39,066 bases of DNA from Candidatus Heimdallarchaeota archaeon (lineage in GTDB: Archaea; Asgardarchaeota; Heimdallarchaeia; Heimdallarchaeales; Heimdallarchaeaceae): positions 1 to 39,066 of the forward strand of contig JAEOTE010000159.1 of the NCBI GenBank assembly GCA_016839945.1, given 5' to 3'. Shown here piece after piece: positions 26,251 through 35,039 of this stretch. Within the stretch, counting starts at the first letter, position 1. Each line of letters starts with the position of its first letter. The position numbers were made by a program, and so were the translations under genes. The notes under the pieces were generated by a model that was given only the letters and a program-made list of their open reading frames with translations, was not told where the DNA came from and did not search any database.

Positions 26251-27486
26251 TTATAGAGAACTATATAGAAGAAGCTTCAACGATTTATCTGTAAACTCAA
26301 CAATTCTTTTTTCAACTGATTTGGATGTAGATGAAATTTTTGCCTCTATCTCATCCCTTTCTCTTCTTAATGAAAGTGTTATTCTATTTCTATCGATTTT
26401 TAAGTTATCAGTCTCTTCTTCTAGTTTTTTGATTTTTATATCTAGTTGCATTTCTCTAAATTTAAAACTGATTGCTTCATTTTGTTGTATCATAAATTTA
26501 GCTCTTTTCTGTAATTCTAAAATTTCATCGTTAAGTATCTCATCTATATTGTCATAAGCTCTCTGTAATTTCTCTTTCTTCATCTGTATTGCTGGTTCTT
26601 TTGAAATTTCTTTCAACTCTCTGAGCATAGCTTTTACTCCTCTGTATCCCTCTCCTTCTTTTACGAATAATCCTATAGGATCTTTGATCATTGTTTTCAT
26701 CATATCTTTATAGGAATCATCTAAATTGATTTTTCGAGTATCAGAAGCTCGTAAAACTTTATTGCAAAGTTTCTTAATCTCTGAAACCTTGTTTGCAATT
26801 GAAATTTCAATATGTTCCATTTCTTTATTATTCTTCTTAAGTTGTTGAAATCCAGGATGATTTTTTAGTTCACTAAGTTCGTTTTCCTTTTTTTCGATTG
26901 TATTCGTAATTTGTTCTACTTCATCTGCATGCGATTCAATTTCATCTTCTAAGAATTTCTTTCTGTCAACGTTTTGAATGAGTGATTCGATATCATCAGA
27001 AACTTTCTCATATTTTATGATTTCAGCGTAAGAAACCATTGTTTTGTTTTCAAAGTTGTGTACTTCTTCTTTCAGTCTTGTAAGAGCACGATCAAGATTT
27101 TTTACTTTAGTTTTATATGATCTGTCTCGTTTTAACCATGAAAGGTATTTAGCTAACATGGTTACATATGAACTAATCTTGTTTTTCAGCTCGCTATTAA
27201 AACCATCTATAATATTGTAAGTTATGCTCTCTGGAATATTTAATTCGGTAAAAGTTTCCAATGTATTATTATGAATTGTTGTTGAATAATTCTGATAAAC
27301 ATCAGGATCTTTTAGATCAGAGTAATCAAATCTATGAGCTGCAGTTTTTAATTCTTCAACGCGATCCGATATAGATCTTATGTGTTTCATAGCATTATTT
27401 CTGTAACTTGAAACTATCGAAGAAACCTTATCATTGAACCAATCTAATGCTTCTTCTAGAGTTTTTTCCTGAGACATCGATGCCAA
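26251..27486 (-). CDS. Hypothetical long coiled-coil protein
   Basis: 411-aa E/K-rich ORF with extended heptads; no NTPase motif seen. Confidence 0.7.
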   Translation of the reverse strand: MASMSQEKTLEEALDWFNDKVSSIVSSYRNNAMKHIRSISDRVEELKTAAHRFDYSDLKDPDVYQNYSTTIHNNTLETFTELNIPESITYNIIDGFNSELKNKISSYVTMLAKYLSWLKRDRSYKTKVKNLDRALTRLKEEVHNFENKTMVSYAEIIKYEKVSDDIESLIQNVDRKKFLEDEIESHADEVEQITNTIEKKENELSELKNHPGFQQLKKNNKEMEHIEISIANKVSEIKKLCNKVLRASDTRKINLDDSYKDMMKTMIKDPIGLFVKEGEGYRGVKAMLRELKEISKEPAIQMKKEKLQRAYDNIDEILNDEILELQKRAKFMIQQNEAISFKFREMQLDIKIKKLEEETDNLKIDRNRITLSLRRERDEIEAKISSTSKSVEKRIVEFTDKSLKLLLYSSL

Positions 27487-27630
27487 CCTTCGGTACTCTT
27501 TAGAAATATGATAATATAAATTATTCTTTTTTGTTCTGATTATCTTTATGTTCCTAATTTATAATTTTTTAAATTTTTCATATAATGAAATATAGATATA
27601 TTGTTAAACATTGAATCAATCTCTAACCAA

Positions 27631-28080
27631 ATGAGTGAATTTGTTTTTCGATGTTTTGGGCACAAAAATGTTAGTGCTTCTCATAAGTCTACATTAGAAT
27701 TTACTGTTGATGAAAATTTAACAGTTAAAGGAGATTGTATTGTTGGTGTTAAAGCAACCAGTAATCTTTCAGATATACCTGAATTAATGAAAAAGCAATT
27801 AAGAAAAACAAGATCTAAAGTTTCAGTAGTTGTTAAGGTAAATGAAACTTGTGAAGAAATAATCGGTGAAGGGAGTTCTAACCTTAAACTAAGCGGAAAA
27901 GATGCCATGATAATCAGAAAAAGCGATTATATTTGTTCACGAACACTGATGATTAATGCTAACAAAGCTGCAAATAATCTTTCGAGGCAGTTAATCGAAC
28001 TAATGCAGAATCCAGAAACAGAAATGATTGTTACTATTCAGGTTTCAGATACCTTAAGTGAAAATTCCAAACATGCTTGA
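27631..28080 (+). CDS. DUF371 domain protein
   Basis: GHKNVSASHKSTLEFT..LTVKGDCIVGV, IIRKSDY..RTLMINANKAA. Confidence 0.9.
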   Translation: MSEFVFRCFGHKNVSASHKSTLEFTVDENLTVKGDCIVGVKATSNLSDIPELMKKQLRKTRSKVSVVVKVNETCEEIIGEGSSNLKLSGKDAMIIRKSDYICSRTLMINANKAANNLSRQLIELMQNPETEMIVTIQVSDTLSENSKHA

Positions 28081-29111
28081 ATTTCATAAGGTGCACTCTC
28101 TCTAACCTTTCTATAATCAATGACTTGTATAATTTTACATCCTAACTTTTCCAATTCCTCTTCAAGTATTTTCAACATTGTTTCTTTTGGAGATTTATCT
28201 TTACTGAAATAATAAAAATAAATAGTTCCACCAGATTTTATTTGTTGACAAGCAACTGATAGATATTCCAAAGATTTACCTGGAAGATTCATTATAATCC
28301 TGTCTGCTTTTGGAAGTGATGGAGAAACTTTCCTACAGTCTCCAGATATGGGCGTTATCTCTCCTTTCAGTTTATTTAGCTCGATTGATTTCTTCAAACA
28401 ATTGATTGCTGTTTCATTAATATCTGTTGCGAATATTGTTGCATTGCAATTTTTAGCAATATGAAGTGGAAAAGGTCCTACTCCTGTAAAGAGATCAATT
28501 ATGATATCTCCATCTTGAGTTTTTTTTGAGATTAAATTATGTTCATTACTTAATCTTGGACTAAAATATGTTTTACACACGTTAACATGAATACGAATAC
28601 CATATTCAGTGTGAACTGTTTCACATTTCTTCTCTCCCGATATATGCTCTAATTCCCTTATCCTCAATTCACCAGAAACAGCTGAAGCTTTATGATATAC
28701 AGATTTTATTGAAGGAAACACTGAAAATAAGGCATCACCAATTTCCTTTTTGTAAAGCTCAAGTTCATCCGGTATTTCAATTATGGCTATATCTCCAATC
28801 ACATCATAAGCTTTAGGAATGAAATCATGTAGAGTTTCAGGTAATAAGTTCGAAATTGCTTCAAAGAGATTCTTTGGAAGTACAATTTTTTCCACAAATA
28901 AAAATTCATTAATGAAATATTCTATTTTCTCTGGAAGAGAAGACAATAGATTTTGAGCTTCCTTAGATGACAAAATAAGTGGAATAATCAATTCATCTTC
29001 ATTCTTTACAAAAGATAGAGATAGATTAATTGCATCGTGAGTTAGAAGCCATTTTCGCAAAGTTTCAGCGTTTGCAAAATTAACTTTCACTCCTGTCGAC
29101 TTTACTTCCAT
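28038..29111 (-). CDS. trm5: tRNA (guanine37-N1) methyltransferase Trm5 (Trm5b/c-type)
   Basis: YDVIGDIAI, G.LRIR.LE, ETVHTEYG, YFSPRL, DLFTGVGPF, DIN, RIIMNLP. Confidence 0.92.
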   Translation of the reverse strand: MEVKSTGVKVNFANAETLRKWLLTHDAINLSLSFVKNEDELIIPLILSSKEAQNLLSSLPEKIEYFINEFLFVEKIVLPKNLFEAISNLLPETLHDFIPKAYDVIGDIAIIEIPDELELYKKEIGDALFSVFPSIKSVYHKASAVSGELRIRELEHISGEKKCETVHTEYGIRIHVNVCKTYFSPRLSNEHNLISKKTQDGDIIIDLFTGVGPFPLHIAKNCNATIFATDINETAINCLKKSIELNKLKGEITPISGDCRKVSPSLPKADRIIMNLPGKSLEYLSVACQQIKSGGTIYFYYFSKDKSPKETMLKILEEELEKLGCKIIQVIDYRKVRESAPYEIQACLEFSLKVSET

Positions 29112-29201
29112 TGACTATTTCCCCGAAAGAAAGCTTTTAAGAGTTATTCTTCTGTATTAAGATAGGATTCAAAAAATATAACTAAACCGGGTGGTTCCCT
29201 C

Positions 29202-30158
29202 TTGATTAAGGCAATTCTCGTACTAAAAACAAATGGTTCTTGTAGATACTTCAGGATCTATGATGAAGAATGGGGAACGTCCGAAAGGAATATGGAGGTT
29301 ATTAGTTATATAACTGCTGTAACCTCAATAATAGGGGAGTTCGGCGAAAAATCTCCTAGTTGCATTGAATTTGGCAACAATGAAATTATTTGTGAAGCAA
29401 AAGGTGGATATATCTTAACAATTGTAAAAGAAAAAGGAACCCATGAATCTCTAGTTAAAAGAGTTAAGAGAAACTTCAGAGATAATTTCAAACCATTAGA
29501 AATATTAACAGAAACTCCACATTGGATAGAAGATGATGATTTCTTAAAAGAAGAAAGAGAAGGTATTTACAGATTTATGAGAAACCTGAATCTCATAATC
29601 AACGTTAAAACAACAGAGCGTGAAAACAAAATAACAACATCTTTGAAATCAGAAAGTGAGAGGATAGATAGACCATTAGTTATAAGCGATTTGGATTTGT
29701 TGATCACAGTAGATACAGGACAACCAGTGTTCTTGTTGCTGACACTATCATTACCATATGATGCAACACTTTTTACAGCATTCATGTCAGCAATCTTAGA
29801 TTTAGGAACATCAATAGGATTAGGGGAATTAACGAAACTAGAAAGTGAAAATATAGTTATTTATGTTCAGAAAATACAGAAAGCATTTGCTGTAGTAATA
29901 ACACAAAATAAGAAGCATAGAGATGCATACAGAAGATTCACAGAATTTATTGCTGATCTTTGTAATGACTGGATAAACAAAGACGATGTTGGAATTGATG
30001 AAGCTTTTCAGATTTTTGAGGAAAGAAGCCAATTTGAAGAGATAATTAAATTAGTAATTGACACAGATACATGGGAAAAACACATGATTAAAGAATGGGA
30101 GAGAGAGTATGCAGAACTAATGGTCATTGAACAAGAAGTTAGAACAAGTCTTGGATAA
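29202..30158 (+). CDS. Tandem longin-domain protein
   Basis: MIKAILVLKTNGSCRYFRIYD..ISYITAV..IEFGNNEII, and a second repeat LLITVDTGQPVF..DATLFTAFMSAILDLG..GELTKLE. Confidence 0.65.
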   Translation: MIKAILVLKTNGSCRYFRIYDEEWGTSERNMEVISYITAVTSIIGEFGEKSPSCIEFGNNEIICEAKGGYILTIVKEKGTHESLVKRVKRNFRDNFKPLEILTETPHWIEDDDFLKEEREGIYRFMRNLNLIINVKTTERENKITTSLKSESERIDRPLVISDLDLLITVDTGQPVFLLLTLSLPYDATLFTAFMSAILDLGTSIGLGELTKLESENIVIYVQKIQKAFAVVITQNKKHRDAYRRFTEFIADLCNDWINKDDVGIDEAFQIFEERSQFEEIIKLVIDTDTWEKHMIKEWEREYAELMVIEQEVRTSLG

Positions 30159-30160
30159 AA

Positions 30161-30267
30161 TGGTGAGCCTGGCCGGATTTGAACCGGCGACTAACGGATT
30201 TCTTCTTGTAAACACTCATGTTTACTAACTAAGAGTCCGGTGCTCTACCTGGCTGAGCCACAGGCCC
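30161..30267 (-). tRNA. tRNA-Lys(CUU) with 30-nt intron at position 37/38 (30200-30229), CCA encoded
   Basis: Reverse complement: GGGCCTG/CAGGCTC acceptor, GCTC/GAGC D arm, CCGGA-CT-CTT-A[intron]A-TCCGT, T arm GCCGG-TTCAAAT-CCGGC, ending ACCA. Confidence 0.93.
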
Positions 30268-30310
30268 TCCATTTCTGTAAGATTATTCTACGTCTCTTTC
30301 GTTCTATGTT

Positions 30311-30330
30311 TTTTAATAAAACTTTCGTTT
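30311..30330 (-). promoter_or_regulatory. BRE + TATA promoter of tRNA-Lys(CUU)
   Basis: Minus strand AAACGAAAGTTTTATTAAAA, 20/20 identical to 14368-14387. Confidence 0.8.
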
Positions 30331-30419
30331 ACTCATTCTATAAATCATTTTAGCTCTTCTCCCAAATAAATTTTGATTTTAGAATATGTTTTTAAGCAAG
30401 TTTGAAGTTATTTTTTTCT

Positions 30420-30911
30420 ATGTCAGAACAACGTGAAGTTCCTGAATATGCAAAACCTGCTTTGTATGTTGGTGCAATGATTTTAAGTTTAGTGGGTGCA
30501 ATACTTGTTTTCGTTGATACCTTTGGATATTGGTATGAAGGCGGTTGGACGTATTGGTATGGTTATGGTATTGATACAGAATTCACCCCCGGTTTTCATA
30601 AGTTTCTCATCGTGCTTCTAGGAATTGCTTTCATTTACGTATTACTAGCTGCTTTACAACAATTATACCCTGTTCTCAAAGTATCCAAAGAAGCAGATAA
30701 AAAAATAGGCAAAAGTGGCTTTTTTACTGCTTTAGGTATTATTGTATTGACCATACTCCTTACAATTCTATTCTATGTTTGGACAGGTAACATTGAAAAT
30801 CATTGGGCTAGCTACTTAAACACTGGTTTTTATGCGGGATTATTTGGCGGATTATTATCTGCTCTCTTCTTCTGGCTTGCTGGGAGAATAGAACCAACAG
30901 TTGCTAAATAA
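30420..30911 (+). CDS. Four-TM membrane protein of unknown function
   Basis: Four hydrophobic segments with an aromatic/Gly-rich first loop (FGYWYEGGWTYWYGYG). Confidence 0.75.
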   Translation: MSEQREVPEYAKPALYVGAMILSLVGAILVFVDTFGYWYEGGWTYWYGYGIDTEFTPGFHKFLIVLLGIAFIYVLLAALQQLYPVLKVSKEADKKIGKSGFFTALGIIVLTILLTILFYVWTGNIENHWASYLNTGFYAGLFGGLLSALFFWLAGRIEPTVAK

Positions 30912-30925
30912 AATTCAACAAATAC

Positions 30926-30952
30926 TGGAGTAGCAACTCCATTCCATTTTTT
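30926..30952 (+). terminator. Putative hairpin + T-tract terminator
   Basis: TGGAGT-AGCA-ACTCCA followed by TTCCATTTTTT, 14 nt after the stop codon. Confidence 0.45.
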
Positions 30953-31009
30953 GAGAAGTAAATAATCCTACGAAGTAAAAGATATTAAGTAGGGTGTTAC
31001 ATTCGGTTT

Positions 31010-31729
31010 ATGAATAATGGGACAAGCAATAATTCTCTTAGAATTCTTATCACTGGTGGATCAAGTGGAATTGGAGAAGCGGTTGCTCTTGAAATGGCTA
31101 AGAACGGACACAGTTTTTACTTAACAGGGAGAAACAAAAATCGTTTGAAAACCATATGTGATTCTTTAACCTCATTAGGATGCGAAGCTTATTTTGGTGT
31201 TGGGGATGTTAGTGATGAAAACAAAGTTAACCAGATGCTCGAAGAAGTGAAAAGTAAACTTGGTGGTGTAGATGTTGTTTTTGCGAATGCTGGAGTTGGT
31301 TATTTTGGTAATCTAGAGGATTTGACAATTGAGCAATATGATGAACAATTTAACACAAATGTTAGAGGAGTTTTCCTCTGGTTGAATAAAACCTTGCCAC
31401 TACTAAAAACACAAAACAAGGGACAAATTATTGTAACATCTTCTAACCTTGGTCTTAAAACTGGTGCGAGATGTAGTCTTTATGCTGCTACTAAACACGC
31501 TATTCAAGCAATGGTTTGGTGTCTTCGTGAAGAATTAAAAGGTACTAATGTAAAAGCTGCAACTATTAATCCTGGTTCGGTTGATACTCCTTGGTTTAAC
31601 GGAAAAGATGTAGATAGATCTAGAATGTTAGCTGTAGAGGATATAGCAAAGGCTGTTAGGTTTATCATTGATCAAGATGAAACAAGCAACATTGATCACA
31701 TATTGTTAATGCCTGGTAAAACCTCATGA
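31010..31729 (+). CDS. SDR family oxidoreductase
   Basis: TGGSSGIG, ANAG, N..G, SS, YAATK, PGSVDT. Confidence 0.93.
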   Translation: MNNGTSNNSLRILITGGSSGIGEAVALEMAKNGHSFYLTGRNKNRLKTICDSLTSLGCEAYFGVGDVSDENKVNQMLEEVKSKLGGVDVVFANAGVGYFGNLEDLTIEQYDEQFNTNVRGVFLWLNKTLPLLKTQNKGQIIVTSSNLGLKTGARCSLYAATKHAIQAMVWCLREELKGTNVKAATINPGSVDTPWFNGKDVDRSRMLAVEDIAKAVRFIIDQDETSNIDHILLMPGKTS

Positions 31730-31748
31730 AAAAAGATAATGTAGTATT

Positions 31749-33095
31749 CTAAACATCTACTTTAAAGTCACGTTGAATCCTTACTAACTTCTGTGATATG
31801 GGATTTAACTTTGCTTTTTCAAAAGAAACAAGAATATCTGGTTTTTCGCAAGAGTAGGATTTAAAGACATCACTTATTTTTATTTTAATATCTTTAACTA
31901 TTGATTCTCTATTACAATCTTCCGATTTCAAGAGCAAACGAACTAATACTTTTGTAAAAGATTTTTGGATTACTTGATACTCCATTATGTCTTCTGAAGA
32001 AGAAATAATTGCTCTACGTAAGTAGTCTGGGAAAATGAATTGTAGTTCTCCACTGTCCGTTCGATATGACCATAACAAATCATCTGTTCTTCCTTGAATC
32101 TGCCCAATCACTCTGAAAGAGGAACCACAAGTGCATTTTTCTTGACTAATTGTAATTAAATCGTTTAACTCATATCTTATAATTGGTTGAGCTCTTCTAT
32201 GTAAATCTGTTACAATCATTTTATAACATGTTTCTCCAGGATTAGTTGGTGTCCCATCAGCGTTAAGAGTTTGAACATGTATTAAATCTTCATTAATGTG
32301 TAAAGATCCATTTCTGCAAGACATGGCAATTGGTCCCTCGCTTGCTTGATATATCTGATGAATTTTGCAACCAAAGATTTCTTCTAAGTTTTCTTTCATC
32401 TCTGGATACAGAATTTCTGCAAAAGAAACAACTCTTGGTGGAGATATCTTCAACCTATTTTCTTCAATTTCTTTAGCAAGAATTTGAAGCATGGAAGGAG
32501 ACGCAGAAAGTACATTTGGTTGAAGCTCTTGTAGTTGCTTTGTTATTTCATCTATTGGATTCAGTTGACTTATATGAGTAAGTTTTTGTCCAAATTTATC
32601 TATCTGGAATGCAGGTGTTGTTACCCTCAGGATAAAAGCGATATTAAGTCGTAGAGTTCTAGGAAAGCTAAAACGGGCGAAAAAAGCTGCTCGTAAATAC
32701 TTCTCTTCTGATGGACTAGTTATAACAATTCCTTTATTGCCACTTGTTCCAGAAGACATCGCAACGTTATAATTACCGAATCTTTCCTCAAAATTTTGTG
32801 TTTCCTCTATTTTTAAACAAAAGTCAACAAGATCTTGTTTTTTTAATCCAACAGTATTATACCCTGTTAAATTATCCATCATAATTTGTTTATTTATTGT
32901 TGGAAGATTCCAAACCTCATTAAGGTTATATTTTTCATAAAGATTATTGAAGAATTGTGATTTTTCGTTTACATATTTTACAATGTTTTGTGCCTTTTTT
33001 AGTTTGTATTTCTTAAGTTTCTCTTGATTCATTCTCCTAAAACGTTTTTTACATGCTAAAAAGAAATATAAGAAAGATTTAGTTTCAAGATCCAC
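31749..33095 (-). CDS. Adenylate-forming enzyme (F390 synthetase / phenylacetate-CoA ligase-related)
   Basis: SSGTSGNKG, IHQIYQASEG, LHINED, QPIIRYELND, CTCGS, GRTDD. Confidence 0.87.
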   Translation of the reverse strand: MDLETKSFLYFFLACKKRFRRMNQEKLKKYKLKKAQNIVKYVNEKSQFFNNLYEKYNLNEVWNLPTINKQIMMDNLTGYNTVGLKKQDLVDFCLKIEETQNFEERFGNYNVAMSSGTSGNKGIVITSPSEEKYLRAAFFARFSFPRTLRLNIAFILRVTTPAFQIDKFGQKLTHISQLNPIDEITKQLQELQPNVLSASPSMLQILAKEIEENRLKISPPRVVSFAEILYPEMKENLEEIFGCKIHQIYQASEGPIAMSCRNGSLHINEDLIHVQTLNADGTPTNPGETCYKMIVTDLHRRAQPIIRYELNDLITISQEKCTCGSSFRVIGQIQGRTDDLLWSYRTDSGELQFIFPDYLRRAIISSSEDIMEYQVIQKSFTKVLVRLLLKSEDCNRESIVKDIKIKISDVFKSYSCEKPDILVSFEKAKLNPISQKLVRIQRDFKVDV

Positions 33096-33182
33096 TTATA
33101 CACCCTATTTTTTCTAAAGATGATATGAAATAACAACTATTAAACAATTTTGAGATGAAAAATAAAACATCTATTTGTCATA

Positions 33183-33749
33183 TTAAACAGCATAAAGTTT
33201 TTTCAACAATACTTCTCTTGCTAATGATTGAAAAGCTCTCTTAACTCCTATACCCTCTATAGCTATTGTTTCATAAACAGGAACATTTGTACCTAAATCT
33301 AATGCATCAACTAATTCACTTTTTGGCATTGCATCAGGAGCATCTCTTTTATTCAATGCTAATATGATGGGTATTTCAGTACCTATTTTATCTCCTAATT
33401 CCTTCTTCAGTTCTTCTGCTGATTCAACGTTATCTGCAAGCATTGCTCGTGAGGAATCTGCAACAAAAAGCAATCCGTCAACCCCTTTAAGAACTAGAGA
33501 TCTTTGGTGTCTATGACGTCTTTGTCCTGCAACTGTATATATGTCTAGTATAACTGATGATGTTGCCATAAATGGACTAAAATCGAAGTAGATAGTTCTT
33601 CCAGAAGGATCTTCAATACTATTTAATCCTCCTTTTTTTATTCCAGTTACATCTGTATGTAGTCTCTTTAGTAGTGTAGTTTTTCCGGATAAGCTTGGTC
33701 CTACAAAAACCATCTTAAAATGCATTTTTCCTGAAGCGTCTTTTCTCAT
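33183..33749 (-). CDS. MglA-type small GTPase (Arf/Rag-related superfamily)
   Basis: G1 GPSLSGKTT, G2 RTIYFDF, G3 YTVAGQ, VLKGVDGLLFVADS, G4 NKRD, G5 TIA..G.GV. Confidence 0.9.
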   Translation of the reverse strand: MRKDASGKMHFKMVFVGPSLSGKTTLLKRLHTDVTGIKKGGLNSIEDPSGRTIYFDFSPFMATSSVILDIYTVAGQRRHRHQRSLVLKGVDGLLFVADSSRAMLADNVESAEELKKELGDKIGTEIPIILALNKRDAPDAMPKSELVDALDLGTNVPVYETIAIEGIGVKRAFQSLAREVLLKKLYAV

Positions 33750-33803
33750 GTTGTCCCCATCAACTCTTAATGTTGTCTCTCTACGATTCTTGGTCCCTTG
33801 TTT

Positions 33804-34106
33804 CTATGCTCTTTTTTCTCTTAATACGATTAATACATAATCATTTTCTGGAGCAACTAATATTTCCCCTTGTGTTGTGTCTAGTGTGAAAAAATTAAGT
33901 TCCCCTTCATTCAATTCTGTAACTACTGCCTTTGCTCTACCTACGAGAGAAGCAACCAAAGCAGATACATTTTCTCTCATTTCCATACTTAGATTTTGAG
34001 TACTAGCTATTGGTAAACCATCATTGCTAGTTATAATTACTCCTCTAACTCCTGGATGCGATTCTAGTGACTTGAGAGTCTCTTCAAATTGCTTTTGTGA
34101 TATCAT
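33804..34106 (-). CDS. Roadblock/LC7 protein resembling dynein light chain roadblock
   Basis: EETLKSLESHPGVRGVII..DGLPIAST..EILVAPENDYVLIV; AAGGAG SD. Confidence 0.9.
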   Translation of the reverse strand: MISQKQFEETLKSLESHPGVRGVIITSNDGLPIASTQNLSMEMRENVSALVASLVGRAKAVVTELNEGELNFFTLDTTQGEILVAPENDYVLIVLREKRA

Positions 34107-34293
34107 TAGATTTTCTCCTTTGCTATAAGTGATTCTTTTATTAATTAACTTTATCTATATTTAAGACTGTTATATAGTTAATGCGATGTATCTTTAAAAA
34201 TTATTGATAGTATTAAACCATCCTATTTTACACAAATTTAATTAAGTACAAACAATAATGGAAAATAAGTTAAAGCTAATCTGTGGTTTCTAG

Positions 34294-34974
34294 ATGTCTT
34301 CTCATGATGATTTATTGAAAGAAAAAATGCAAACTCTTTCTAAATTAAGAAATCAAAAAGTGATTGTAACAGAAAGAATGGAGCAAGCTTATCTTAAAGT
34401 TCCAAGAGAAGAATTTGTTTTGGAGAAACATAAAGATCGAGCGTACATTGACACACCTCTTCCTATCCTTTCTAATCAAACTATTTCAGCTATACACATG
34501 GTTATGATTTATGTCTCACCTTCTTGTGCAGATCCACAAATTGGACAAAAAGTACTAGAAGTAGGAGCAGGAAGCGGATACAATGCAGCGATGTTTGCTG
34601 AAATGGTAGCTCCTGAGGGAGTGGATAATCCGGGACATGTTTATGCCATAGAAATAATTCCGGAATTAGTGGAATTTGCAAAATCAAATATTGAAAGGAC
34701 AGGATATTCCGATAGAGTAACAATAATTGCAAGTGATGGAGGAAGCGGTTATCTTGCAGAACAACCTTTCGATATAATTTCTGTAGCTGCTGCGAGTAAA
34801 AAAGTTCCACCTCCTCTACTCGAACAACTTACCATTAATGGAAAATTAATCATTCCTTGTGGAAGAATGTTTTATCAAGAACTTCTAATCATTGAAAAGC
34901 AACCTGATGGAAGCTTTTCAGAAAGGAATCTAGGTGGGGTTGCTTTTGTTCCATTAACTGGTAAATATGGTTAA
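34294..34974 (+). CDS. pcm: Protein-L-isoaspartate O-methyltransferase
   Basis: VPREEFV, AYIDTPLPI, QTISAIHM, VLEVGAGSGY, DG..G, PFD, LLEQL..GKLIIP, VAFVPL. Confidence 0.95.
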   Translation: MSSHDDLLKEKMQTLSKLRNQKVIVTERMEQAYLKVPREEFVLEKHKDRAYIDTPLPILSNQTISAIHMVMIYVSPSCADPQIGQKVLEVGAGSGYNAAMFAEMVAPEGVDNPGHVYAIEIIPELVEFAKSNIERTGYSDRVTIIASDGGSGYLAEQPFDIISVAAASKKVPPPLLEQLTINGKLIIPCGRMFYQELLIIEKQPDGSFSERNLGGVAFVPLTGKYG

Positions 34975-35039
34975 AATACTCTATGTAGGCAAGTTTTTTA
35001 ACTTCTAAGTAATATAGAAATTGTTTGGTGAAAACTTGT

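Noticed and set aside
30200-30229. tRNA intron as a C/D-box guide RNA or as evidence of a suppressor/pyrrolysine tRNA
   Set aside because: Too short and lacks C/D boxes; the anticodon reads CTT (Lys), not CTA, once the canonical 37/38 intron is removed.
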